Part shown: one piece after another, positions 12,132 to 24,439 of the stretch | Numbering within the stretch: the stretch's first letter is position 1 | Layout: each line of letters opens with the position of its first letter | Assembly: GCA_964234715.1 (NCBI GenBank) | Contig: OZ174280.1 | DNA length: 64,000 nucleotides | Strand: one strand, 5' to 3' | Source of the DNA: Podarcis melisellensis | Lineage: Eukaryota | The notes under the pieces: generated by a model | What the model was told of the DNA's origin: nothing | The model's input: only the letters and a program-made list of their open reading frames with translations | The model's database searches: none | Position numbers and translations under genes: made by a program

Positions 12132-13887
12132 TATTTGAGATCCTTGTGCCCTTGTGCATATACAGATTATAAATCCCTCCTTGCATGAGGTTCAACAGAA
12201 GGAGCTCCACCTGCCTAACAGTTTTCATGACAAGAAGAGTGGCAGTAAAACTGGAAACTGGCCCTGTTCCAGATCCATTTATGCATGGCTTAAAAATATT
12301 GAGGGCTTATCTTAAGAACATGTCATGACTGAGAAAACAAATATTACATCTACTTCCACTGAAGCGCTCAAACTGAGAGGATATTTTTCACAACCCATGA
12401 GCAAAACTTCTTTAAAAAAAAGAAGAAATAAAAATCTAGCATTATCCAAATTGATCTGCCAATCTAAATTTTATATCCTGAGTTTTGATGGCTGAACTAA
12501 GCACTAAGCCCTAAAAACTCTGACTGTGGAGACATTTTTCTTAAGTTACGGGGGCATTGGTGGCATTGAGCTTTTTTCATTGGATCACAAACTTGGTAGC
12601 TGTGAAAAAGTTGTGAGAAGGCAACTCTCTATCCCCCAGACCTTATACTTCAGATCAACCTACTGCAGCAACAGTAGAGAATCTCTGGCCCACAGACTTA
12701 ACTAGGGCCAGCAAGGGTCCCAGTTTGGCCTGCAAAGCTATTCCCAACAAGCCACACCCAACTGTCAAAGTTGATACATTGGGTTGCAGATAGATAGTGA
12801 TCTGGCCCACTGAGCCAAAAAGATTCCCCACCTTCTTTAATATACCAGAAGCCTTACCCTGTGAACTTGATTTCATGCATTTATTTGGGGATGAAAGAGG
12901 GTCTCTGTTTGGGGAACTGCTCCAGGAACCCCAACCATCTTACCTGGCCTTGGAGAAAGTCATGTGTTGCAGGCACATCTGAAGTAATCTCAGTTCATAA
13001 ATAAGATGGAATATGAACTCTCATCCCACAGATACAAATCCAACTTTTTAGTCCTGGTCCCATCAGTGTACCACATCCAATCTACCGCATCACAGAGATC
13101 ACAAAGTTCTACCTTAGTTTCCCTGAACAAGTTGGCGTTTTGCCAGTTGATTGGTGCACATCTTTTAGACTAAAAATACTTCCCAAGTCTTGCCTTTGAG
13201 GACGAAAAGCAGGGGTAGTTCACCAAAAGCCCAGCTCCCCTCCCCCAAGTTCTTCCCTATGGCCCCTGAGAATTTGGCGGCAGCAACGGAACAAAAAATA
13301 ATGATGATGTCCTCACCAGCATTGGGACTCTGCTGTCGCATGGAGGAGTACCCGCCATAGGTTTCTGCTGTAGAGGGGTGAAAAGAAGGAGGGTACAGGG
13401 AAAATTGTGTTCAGTCGTGGAAAATTGTCCTGAGATTGCTATCTAGGGTCATGGTTTCAATCCCACCCAACCTCAGCAGTGTGTGTGGGTGTGTGGGTGT
13501 ACTGGAGAGAGTGGATGTGAATGTAGGGCAGCCTCTTGATCACCCCACACACTTTTTAGGTCACTGGCACGAGGCCCTTGGAGAGGTCCCCAGAGGTCAA
13601 AGCAGCCCACAGGCCACCCTTGACATAATGCAAAACTGCATTTAGAATGGATTAAATCAAATATATTAGGATCATTGTTGGTTTGGGCTTCTGTAGGCTT
13701 AGGGCTCATTGGGGTTGATCGTTTTCTGCTTTGTTTTCTTTGCTTGTTCAGGTGACAGAACCACAGAAATACCACACAGTTAATCCATCACAAAATTAAT
13801 CCCAGTTTTTGAAAACGCCTGCAAGAATAATTTAATAGCCCTGGCATGTGGATTCATTGTACTGCTTTTCTAGCAGCCTCCCAACCC

Positions 13888-14035
13888 AGGGTTGTGGCTT
13901 AGTGGCAAAGCATCTGCTTTGCATGCAGAAGGTCTCAGGTTCAATCCCCAAGAAGAGCTGGAGGAGACCCCTATCTGAAACCCTGGAGAGATGCTGCCAG
14001 TCTGTGTACTTGTCAATACTAAGTTAGATGGGCTA
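13888..14035 (+). mobile_element. tRNA-derived SINE (Squam3-like)
   Basis: A box tggcttagtggc, B box ggttcaatcc, body ctgaaaccctggagagatgctgccagtc. Confidence 0.75.
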
Positions 14036-15294
14036 TGCCTCTGCATGTCCCCACTTTACATGTTTGCCTCAATGAGGACTGCTCTAGAACCAATGTGGCA
14101 GCAGTTCCATGTAAATTGTTGGTTTGGTCTAAATGAACAGATTGGCAGAAGCTAAGCCCCTCACTGCCACAGGATAACTCTCATTTAAAAGACAGAGGAT
14201 CCTTGCAAAGCTACTGAAGATGGTGATGCATTGCCATGTCAAATAGCTTGTCCCTGTGTCTTTTCAATGAGGCATTCACATTATATCCAGTCCTTCTATA
14301 AATTGTGGAAATATCAATAGTTGAACAACTGAGCTAGCAACAGACAAAGTCAAATGTTTGATGAAATATAAAAATGGGCTCATTAATAGAGCCAGCATGA
14401 CTGTTAATGTGAATATTGAGGATTACTAAGCGTATGTAAAGCAGCATAGCTAGCAAGGAAGCAACCACTTTGCCAATATGGATGGAGGAAATGTCAAATC
14501 TGATATTTAAAATATAATATTAAAAGGGTGGGAGATATATTTCAATCTTTTCAGGTGATTTTTTTTTTTAGTTTTGTTTGATCCCTAATTTAAACATAAT
14601 TGATTGAAAAAGCGGCAAGAACATGACCACTGGATATTTCTATTGCTTTGAAATACATTACAAATCCTCACCATGTTCTGTAAGTGGCGACCTCTCACTG
14701 GGAAGGAGTTCTGACCTCCAAATGGCATTTTGCCAGTTAATTACCCTGGGATTATCAGGCTGCCGTGGTCACAATAACCCAATTTCTCCCTAGCAGTTCT
14801 TGAGCAAATGAGGTGTGGGTGACAGCATGTGTCCCATTCATGGAATTAGTTCCAGGGGTTTTTAACAAAGTTTCTACTTCATGTCATTATCCCACATCAA
14901 TAAAACCTGTTCTGCATCCTCACTTTGGCTTCTTTGATTCTCGACCTGCACAAGTTGTGCCCCACTAAGGCATACCCTCTTTGTCATATGGCTGCCTACC
15001 TAAGGCTACGAAAGGGCTGTCGAGAATCTGAACATGACTGATTGGGCTGTGTTCAGCTTGGTGGTTACAAGAACACATGCCCAGTTTATACACAGTCCAG
15101 ACAGGCTAGTAGTACTTCTGGGGCTTAAGTTCATGTCCTCAGTATATATAAGCCAAGAAGGAACATCTCACCAGTCAAGTATACACTGATGCTTCACATG
15201 GTTCAGGTGTAAAGAAGCCTAAAATCAACCTTTTGCTCATAGGCAGCTTTTAAATTATTCCATGAACTTCAAGGCCAGTATATACACATTCATA

Positions 15295-15830
15295 GTTTCC
15301 AGCAACTGGTGCTCAGAGGCATATGCCTTCTCTGATAGTGGAGGTAGAGCATAGGCATCTGTAGTAGCCACTGATAAGCCCTCTCCTCCATGAATTTGTC
15401 TAATCCTGTTTTGAAGCCATCCATGCTGGGGCCCATCGATGCCTCTTGTGGAAGCAAATGCCATAGTTTAATGAGGCTCTATCAAGTACATTGTTTTGTC
15501 TGCCCTGAACCTTCCAACATTCAGTTTCAGGGGATGAAGAGAGAGGGAGCGTGACTTCTCTCTCTCCACTTTCTCCACACCTTACACACCTCTATCCTGC
15601 CACCTGTCTTACTCATCTCTTTTTGTTTTTTTAAACAAAGAAAGGCTCAAGTGTTGTAACCTTTCCTCCTGTCCTGTGATCGTTTTGGCTGTCCTTTCGT
15701 TATTCTTTTTCCAGCTGCATAATATCCATTTTGAGGTAAGGTGGCCAGAACTGGACACAATAGGTTCCTATAACAGCATCACGATATCGGCAGCTTTATT
15801 TTCAATCCCATGGAATTTGCATTTTTCACA
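15295..15830 (-). mobile_element. Degenerate CR1 LINE fragment
   Basis: cagcaactggt...ccatgaatttgtctaatcc...gaggtaaggtggccagaactggacaca resembles CR1 3' region. Confidence 0.6.
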
Positions 15831-16278
15831 GCTACAGTATTGTGTATTGCTTCAAAATGTGGTCAGCCAGTCCTGCTGCTTTAGAGGACCCTCCTTCTTG
15901 TTCTGCTGATTGAGGCCCTGGGCTTCTGCACCCAAGTCCAGCCCTGAAGGCTCCAGAACATCTGGACACATGACCCAGCTGAAGGTCCAAAGGCCTCACC
16001 CCCTCAAACCCCATCCGACACTGATTGCTACGCTCCTTTGATTTCCAAAAACTGGCTTTGCTTAGTGCTTAAATATATGAATAAATACAGGACCAGGGCA
16101 ATGTAGTAGGCAAATATTGTCTTCTCCCTCCTAGGGTGGTCATCAACTAAGCTTTACTCAGAGCAGAAGAACCACTGAACTTAATGGACCTAACTTAGTC
16201 ATGCCTATTCATTTCAATGGATCTGCTCTGAGTAAAACTTTAAAACTTTCCCATTATTGCTATTGTCACCACTATGAA

Positions 16279-16380
16279 GCCAACACAGTGCCTTCCAGGT
16301 GCTGTAGGACTATAGCTCCCATCATCTCTGGCCATTAGTCATGCTGGTTGGGGCTGATGGGAGTTGGAGTTCGACAACTA
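16279..16380. mobile_element. Palindromic hAT-type MITE, degenerate
   Basis: ggactatagctcccatcatc...gctgatgggagttggagttc; relatives at 49920-50055, 46200-46240, 54963-55098. Confidence 0.6.
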
Positions 16381-16804
16381 TGTTAATTACCTCTGATTTA
16401 TGTACTTAGGCATCGTATATTCACCAAATGCAGATCCTTAAGTCGCCAAAATGACACACCATCCACACACAAGAGGGAAGTGAAACCAGGCTTGGGGGAA
16501 CCTCAATGTTTGCTAGGTACAAAAATCATTTGGAGGGGGGAGGAAAACCTGAAAGCAGGACAACAGCCCAAGCAGAACTCAGCATGCTGAATGGCTATGG
16601 AATGCTGTGGAGTAAAGGAAGCATGACAGGAGGTGTGGCTGGCTGGAACGCTGAGCAGAAGGACTGCTACTACAACGTTTTGTTGCAAGTTCCACCTGTA
16701 GACCATAATCTGTCTGTCCCCCATCCCCCCGCCAGCACAAAAATAACAGGAAATTAACTAGCAGATCACAGTTCTTGAGACTCAAATTTAAAAAGCTTCC
16801 TCAC

Positions 16805-16896
16805 CATCAGAGAGCTCCACTTCATAGGGGGACGGTCTTCTTTTCACTCGGTTGTTGCTGTACATTGAGAAGTTATCTGGCTCTCCAAAGAAACCA
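16805..16896 (-). CDS. TAL1: TAL1 second coding exon (SGFFGEPDNFSMYSNNRVKRRPSPYEVELSD)
   Basis: cag| acceptor, |GTGAG donor, 92 nt, phases 2/1 fit neighbours. Contains the internal Met corresponding to the short TAL1 isoform start. Confidence 0.97.
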
Positions 16897-18129
16897 CTGC
16901 AAAGCAAGAGGCAGAATACAGGAGAAAATGAGGAGAGAGAGTACAGTACTGCAAGGGAGATCTCTGCTGAAGACACTGGGCAGTCTTTGAATGTACTTCC
17001 ATTCAGCTGAGCATATGCAGAGAGAGTGTGAGTGTGGGAAGGGGGGCATTGTGTGATGAGCATTCATAACATTGCACATATATGCACATATTACAGATGC
17101 TCATCACACACACCGAGAAACCTTGAGCTGCAATTCTAAGCACATTTATTTGGATGTAAGTTCCCCTGAAACCCATTCACCTTCTAAATAAGATGCTCTT
17201 CGGATTCAGATGTATTACACACGGGCCTGAAGCACTTTCAGAGTGCTTCTAATGGAAGAATTAAGGTATACTTTGCAGCACCTTTTTTTAAGCCCAAGGG
17301 ATGCTTACCAGGGTTAAAGGATTTGTGTAACAAGGGGAAGAAATCATTGTGGAAGCATCTACTAACCTCAAAGAAGGCTTGGCCCTGGCATGACAGAGCT
17401 TTTTAATATACATATGAATTGCGATTAAACTGCATTGCATTTCTGCAGGCAGTGAAAAGGAACCTCAACAATTTCCTAACTAATGGAGGCAACACATTGA
17501 TTAAACACTCAGAATAATCCCTGGGAGGAAATGTTTTCTCTCTGTTTTTGATCTATTCCACTGTAGACAATTTCTCGGCGAGCGAGGGTGGCAGAGGGAT
17601 CCAGAGCCCTAGCATTACCTTTGTTACTTTAAGGCTATCAACGTCTGCTGGTTAGTAATGCTAGTTAGTTCAATGGCATTTCACGGCACAGCCTTTTTTA
17701 CAGTTCTAGCCCGTACACTTAACAAATGGCATTAAAAAAAAAAAAAGACCTGGCAGTCAACGGGTTCCTTCATCATTATTGTTTTTAAAATGATGCATAA
17801 TTGTGGTTTAGAAAATGACGTATACAGAGGGGCAACTGAATTTGATTGTCAATAGAGAACAGGCGATCCACCAGAGAGAATCTGTTTCCTTCTGGCGCCT
17901 ATAGATGAAGGTGGCGGCTATTAATTTCGTAGCAAGTAAGGCAAAAAATCAATTCTCTCTATGGCAAGCGGACAAAAGGGAAAGGCAGACACAGCTCAGG
18001 TTTGGCACTCAGAGGGCATAAGAAGGCGAGAGGACAAAAAAAAGAGCGGGGAAAGAAATAGATGTTGGTTTGTAAAAGAAAAATGAAGGAGAGAGAGGAA
18101 GCGTGGGGACATGGCAAAGCCCCCAAACG

Positions 18130-18240
18130 AGAGCATGAGACTCTTAAACTCAAGGTCGTGGGTTCGAAGCCTACGCTGGGCAAAATATTCCTCCGCTGCA
18201 GGGCCCTCGTGCTCCCTTCCAATTCTACAATTCTGTGAAA
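18130..18240 (+). mobile_element. tRNA-Lys-derived SINE with CR1 tail, 5'-truncated
   Basis: gagcatgagactcttaa...ggttcgaagcc...cccttccaattctacaattctgtga; same family as 29803-29946. Confidence 0.75.
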
Positions 18241-18369
18241 CCGGAGGACATCCTCGACAATGGTGGCATATGACAAAGGCGACCCTAAGCAAACCAAGCC
18301 GAGAACGGATGGCCCAGGCAGAAAAGTCCCTTCCTCCCCCCCTCTCCCTCCCCCGACGCTGCGGCGGAC

Positions 18370-18983
18370 CTGCTGGCGGTGCTGAGCGGGGGCCCGAGGC
18401 CGTAGAGCATGGCTCGCGCAGGTGGCTGGAGCGGGAGCGCAGGGGCTGCCGTGGGGCTGAGCTGCACCATGCGGGCGTCGCTGCTGGCGTTGCTGCTGCT
18501 GCTGCTGCTGAGGCTGGCGCCGGCGGGGGGCGTGCCCGTGCCTGTGCCCGCGGCGGTGGCGGTGGCGAGGGCGAGGGCAAGGGCGCTGGCCGGCTCGGCG
18601 CGCTGCGCTCGGCTGTTGCTGCTGCTGCTGCTGTTGGTGCTGCTGCCTCCGTCTCGCTCGCGCTGGCTCTGCCTGGCGCCGCTCGGCGCGTCCGCGGCTT
18701 TTATAGGGCGCCCGGCGCGCACCAGCTCGATCACGGGCACCGGCGCGGCGGGGGGCGCCGGGCCGGGGGAGGGGGGCGGCCGGCCTGTCTCCTTGGCAAC
18801 CCCATTGAGCAGCGCCGGCTCCCCCGGGAGGGCCATCCCCCCGCGCCGCCGATCGCCAACACCGCCGACGCTGTGGCTGCCCGAACCCAAGCCCAAGTCC
18901 GGCTCGCCGACGCCCTCCGCTGCGGCTCCGGCTCCGTGCGCGGCATCCCGCGGCGGGTCACTGGGGGGCCTCTCCATCAGCAT
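18370..18983 (-). CDS. TAL1: TAL1/SCL first coding exon (MLMERPPSDPP...RMVQLSP...PLSTAS)
   Basis: Acceptor ctttctccccag|G then ATG at 18983. TAL1 motifs LLNGVAKE, VPVIELVR, ARMVQLSP, ARAMLY. Ends AG|GTCCGC in phase 2; 614 nt coding. Confidence 0.93.
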
Positions 18984-19053
18984 CCTGGGGAGAAAGAGGG
19001 AGAGGAGAGCCGTGAGGGGCGCGCGGGGAGGGGCCGGGGGAGGGGAGGGAAAG

Positions 19054-19212
19054 NNNNNNNNNNNNNNNNNNNNNNNNNNNNNNNNNNNNNNNNNNNNNNN
19101 NNNNNNNNNNNNNNNNNNNNNNNNNNNNNNNNNNNNNNNNNNNNNNNNNNNNNNNNNNNNNNNNNNNNNNNNNNNNNNNNNNNNNNNNNNNNNNNNNNNN
19201 NNNNNNNNNNNN
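19054..19212. other. Assembly gap (159 N)
   Basis: Run of N next to G/purine-rich sequence. Confidence 1.
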
Positions 19213-19821
19213 CGAGGGAGGAAAATTGCGCGCAGGGTGAAGAAAGGAGAAGGGCGAACGAGACGAGCTTCCAACCCCCCAAAAAGGCTGGAAGACTGGG
19301 AGGAGGAAGGATCGGGAAAGAAAGCGACGCTTTCCCCGCCCGCGACGTCGCCCGCTTGTCATTGGCAGCGCAGCGGGCGCCCAGAGGGGTTGGGCACCGG
19401 CGCAGGGCCGCTCAGCAGCCGCGGAGGACAGTTGCGCGGCTGGCATGGCGCGCCGTGTAGAGCGCGCGGCCCTTGTGTGGCTCGGTGGCCGGGCAAGCTC
19501 GGGCGGGGACACCCACGCGAATCTAAGACGGGGGAAGAGGGCAGAGCAAAGGGGGTCCCTTCCCCAACCTCCGGCCCTGAGACTTCCCTGCGCCCCAGGA
19601 AAGCGAAAGGATTTTCTCTCCAACCTGCCCTCCATCCTCTTGCGGAAAACTCTTTGCCTGACCTGCCCATATCTCGTTTTTGCTTTTTAATTCCACACAC
19701 GCACCCTTCGGACTTCATGGCAATCGGGCGCGTTTCCTAAGAGAGTGAGGGTGGCCTCGGGGAAGTCATTCTAACAGATATGAGGTGGGTGGGGAGAGCG
19801 GCCGGAGGATCAGATATCTAC

Positions 19822-19937
19822 CATTTGGTGGAAGAGGAGGACGGTGGCAGAGTGACAGTGTCAACCAAAAGAGGAGGAGTTGTGCAGTGGGGAGAAGGAG
19901 ACGGAGACGAAGGGAAGCCAGCATAGCATCTTTGTTG
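19822..19937 (-). other. TAL1: Candidate TAL1 5' exon (exon 3 equivalent), 116 nt
   Basis: Strong acceptor ttttctttttatttcag| and donor CAAATG|GTAGAT, 0.84 kb upstream of the first coding exon. Confidence 0.65.
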
Positions 19938-20072
19938 CTGAAATAAAAAGAAAATCGCCACCATTCGCTGAAGCAGCCTGCGCGGAAGAGAAACTTTTTC
20001 ATTCCACATTAATGCCAGGGATGAGGGGTGGTGGTTGTAATAAGAAATCATATCGCAATGGAAGAGTGAAAA

Positions 20073-20148
20073 GGAAGGAAGGAAGGAAGGAAGGAAGGAA
20101 GGAAGGAAGGAAGGAAGGAAGGAAGGAAGGAAGGAAGGAAGGAAGGAA
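20073..20148 (+). repeat. (GGAA)19 microsatellite
   Basis: Perfect tetranucleotide run. Confidence 0.98.
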
Positions 20149-21937
20149 TTCACCTGTCTGTAATAACCTCTAAAAAAACAGTGCTGTAACTGGATTCCCA
20201 TCTCCTTTTTTATTTATTCTACCGATCCAAAATTAAAATGAAATGAAAACTCGGGTGTTTCTTGAGTGAATCGCAGTGCTGACGTATTCTGTTATGGTGT
20301 ATTTGCGGATAAAAATGTAAAGGACACCTGACAGTTAAGTCCAGTCGCGAACGACTCCGGGGTTGATATCAGCTTTTAAATTAACTTTGCATAGCCATAT
20401 CGATGCCTTCAACTAATAATACTTTGGGGGGCTAATAGGACTCTCGTCCTGAGTGTTCCGTCTAGCCAACGCTTGCCTTGCCTTCCTCGCTGCAACAAAG
20501 CGCGAAATAAAGGCACTTTCCAAAAGTCGGCTGCTCCCAGGCTCTGAGAACCGGATTTGTTAACCTCCAAGAGCTCCACGAAATAGATGAATTATCCCGA
20601 ACCTGAGCGGGCGCGCACACACACAGCCAGTTAAATTCGAATATTTGGGCTTCACGACACATTTTAACTCGAATTCTCCCGATTACGTCAATAGGCCTTT
20701 CTCCAAGTAAATGTTCCGATCGGCGATAGTATTGTGATCAACGGAACCAAACGTGTTTCAGTTCCAACTCTTCTGGCCGCCGCTTTGCAGCCATCAGATT
20801 TCTGGGGATCGCCATTAACTCTAAGGCTATTTGGTGGCACAGACTGCTGCGGGGGTGGGGAATGGCTTCCGGTTTGATCCAGAAACGCCAAACAACAGGA
20901 AGCTGTCTGTGAGCCCAAACTCGGTTTTCCCAACTATCTCCATAATACTTGCAGAGGGAGTAGCCGTGCTGATATATCTTGACACCTCTCCCCGCCCCCC
21001 AAAAGGAGTACTGTTGCACCTCAAAGACTAAAATTTATTACGGCATAAGCTTCATCTTAAATACTTGGGGGTTTTTTTGGGGGGGGGGGTTAAGACCAGG
21101 TAGCCCTTTCAGATGGCAATCCGATATGCACTTAATTGGAAGCAAGTCCCACGAGAATGAGGGGTGCTATCTTCCGAATATACATCCCTAGAACCTTCGT
21201 CCACCCCCTACACACACACACCCACACACCACGTCGCTGGGTTGATTTTCCCGGAGTCCCTCTGAATCCAAGGAGATTGGTTTCCGAGGACCGAGTGAAA
21301 TATGTTCAGGATTTCAGCCTCAAACCGGCGGTCCTGGTTAGTTAGTGAATGGGTTGTTTAAGCAAGCAGTAGATCAGGGCTCCCGTTTAAAGCAAGAACA
21401 AAACAAAGCACGAAGAAATAGAGGCGTTTGAAACGCAATTTATATTGGGGCTGATTGGCGAAGGGGGCCTTGAGAAATCCATATTTTATGGTGTTTCGTT
21501 TAAATCGCTTAAATGCAGCGGAATTATTCCCGTCCGGCTTTCTCCGCTGAGCTGCGGGCTGTTAATTTCACGCCTCGAGCATAAATCCGGTCAGCGCCTC
21601 GCTCGGCTGCATAGAAAAACCGAGGCTTAAATTGGTTGCTGGCGAACTGAAACCACAACAGCCCCCGGGGATGGGCCGAGGAGTTGTCTCTGCCCACCCA
21701 GCGGGGCTCTCCTCCGAACACTGGCGCGTCGGAAGGCAAGCAAGGCCAGCGTCTGCCGCGGGAAGCGAAACGCGGGGAGCCCAAAGCCAGTAAGGGCGGG
21801 TGGCCTAACCCAACTCCTACGCTTGTTGGACCTCGAAGGTCAAAACACCACACTGAGTTTCTCGAGTACATAAAGAAGGATTCCCAACGCCTTGGGAATC
21901 CTTAGTGCATAGGGACCCTAGTGCATAGGGTCTTAAT

Positions 21938-21939
21938 AA

Positions 21940-21993
<54 letters not shown>
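21938..21993 (+). repeat. (AAT)n microsatellite
   Basis: Perfect trinucleotide run. Confidence 0.95.
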
Positions 21994-23359
21994 TTTATTT
22001 ATACCCCGCCCAGGATAGCATGGAGAACGTGTAGAATATCTAGCATTCAGACCTGCCCGACTGTCCCCAGACTTACGCTGCAGCCCATAAGACCCATGAA
22101 CTCGATAGTATTTTATCATTTATCTCAACGATTGGTATGGCGCTTGATTGAGGTTGTCTCTTTGTGCAGGAGACCTAATCTATCATAAAAAGACGAACGC
22201 GAGTTAAAACTATAAAATCATAATTCAGCCTGCAGGAAAAACGACGACAATCTTCAGTAAGTTCAGGGGTGAAAGGACTTGTCTGGCCTCAACTGGGAGC
22301 TGCACAAAATGAGGCCCCGCAACGTCGAAGGCAGGAGGACTCTTTGTGGTTACAAGTTGAGCATCATCCCAGCCACCGGGGACGCGCCCCCCCCCCCCTC
22401 AACAGTGACTTCCCTGAAGACCTCAGTAGTCCAGCAGGGATATAATGGATCTGGCGATCCCTGATACCTCTGGGCCGACCCAAATAGGGAATTAATACAA
22501 AGACCCAGCAGCGAATACGACAAGTGGCTTATATATGCGATTGCCGCTTTGCTGCTCGGAATTAATCAGTTCGTATGCTGTGGCAGCAAAGCATCATTTA
22601 AACCAAGGGATCTAAAGCCGATTTCAAGGCTTTGTAGGCAGACGGACCTGCCCAAGCCCGGCCCAACCCTACCAGTGAAGGACCACGCCACCAACAATGT
22701 CCTAAACGCCCTCGAAACCAGCAGGATTTCCTTGTTGTCAAAATCTCCGTTTGGGACCGGGGCTTTCCTCTCCATTCCTTCGGCCTCTGCCGGGATGGGT
22801 TGGAAGAGGGAGATCTTTGGATAGCAGCTTTGGAGAGAGTAGGGGGCTGGAGGGGGGCGTCATGAAGAAGGAGGAAAACGCCATCAAAATAGCACGACTC
22901 TATCTTTGACCAGTCACGACCCCTTCCCTGCTTTCAACTGCCTCGGCAGCAGCACCCACCCAAATCCGGCCGCCTCCTTCCTCCTTTTAATTGGACTTTC
23001 TGATACTGTACGAGGAGGTAGAATTCGCCTCTGCCAGATGTTAAGCAGCGGCAGCCCCTCGCCTCTTGCCTCCACAAAGCCCCTCTCATTGTCAAGGCCG
23101 CCTCTCCTCCTCCTCCTCCTCCTACCTCGAGGGGGCTTTCGTTTAGGGAGGGGCTGGCCCAGGATGCCGCCTCCTGCCACGGCTGAAGCAGAGGAAGAAG
23201 CATCTCGGATCAGGAGGGATCCGTCCCGGATATGGGGCCGAGGAAGTGGGGTGCGAGGAGAGATATTTAGATCTGGACAGGGTAGGGGGTGTATTTAACT
23301 AGAAAGCCAGAGGGAAATGAGTGTCTGTGCAAATGGGCCATAACATAATATTTCACATC

Positions 23360-23420
23360 AATGCTGGACTAGTTGACCTTCAGTGTCCCTTCCAACTCTA
23401 CAATTCTATGATTCTATGAC
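23360..23420 (+). mobile_element. CR1 or SINE 3' tail
   Basis: ctggactagttgacc...cccttccaactctacaattctatgattctatga. Confidence 0.7.
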
Positions 23421-24439
23421 AATTTAATTTCGCTTTATGAACCCCTAAATATTTGCCCAACCACATTTTGGGATGTGAAAAGTCTGAAGGAATGGGATAG
23501 TCTTCTATCTCTTACCACCTCCTCCTTCTAATTGAGTATGCTTTTGCAGGCAAAAAAACCCCTACCCACATTTTTCTTATTATTATTATTTGCAGCTTCA
23601 GGCCTGGTGAAGATTCCTGTGCGACTCAGAAGCTTATTTTTGTACCCTGCCTTTTGTATTCGCTCTTGGGCGCAAAGGAAACGATCGCTTTCTTTCCTTC
23701 GACGCTTCCTTCCCATTGTATTGTTGTGGGGGAGAGGTGTCGGGCTCTTCCTCTTACTTAGAAGGAAGCCGCGATCCCTGCGGTAGTTGTACGCTCCGCT
23801 CCTGACACAAGCCCTGGATCTCCAGTAGCCTTGACTTTGTCCAACAACGGAACTGCGGGAGAAGCGAGCGGCCAGCAAATTGCAGATAAGTGGCGAAAAA
23901 AGTCCGGCGCACGTCTTAGCAGGGTCTGGAGGAGTGAGCTGCGTTTGGGGTTTTGTTGTACGCACGCTGTATCCAGAAAGAAATGTATGAAACGCGAAAA
24001 TGTGTGGGGGGGGGGGATAGGGAGAGAAGCATTCGAGAGAAGTGGATTACACGCACACACCATACTGAATTCACCGTCAGCATATGCACTGCTACAAAAT
24101 CGAGGGATGGCCAGGAGGCGCAAGTTTGTGGAGGAAGATGACGTCTATTAAAGGTTATCTGCGGAGCTTCCATTTCGGAGGCAGTCTACCCCTGGTAACC
24201 GGATGCCAGAACAAAAGGCAAGAGAGCGGTACTCTCCTCTTGCCTTTTATTCTAACAATAAGTTACCAGTGCCAAATTTAATTATTTAAAATTTACATGC
24301 AGGGGCTGCTTTTAAAAGACAAAATAAAAGAGTTACAAAAAGATGATTAAGACATAATAAGGATGGCACAGGACACCATTTAAAGCTTAAATTGAATTAA
24401 ACGAGAGTTGTAAACTAGAGTATCATCCAGCTGCATTAA

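Larger units (their letters stand above)
18290..19640. promoter_or_regulatory. CpG island over TAL1 first coding exon
   Basis: Very high GC and CpG density. Confidence 0.85.

Noticed and set aside
18111-19740. Long plus-strand ORFs (449 and 443 aa) antisense to TAL1
   Set aside because: Stop-poor GC-rich CpG island, low-complexity translation, spans an N gap, and one ORF starts beside a SINE.
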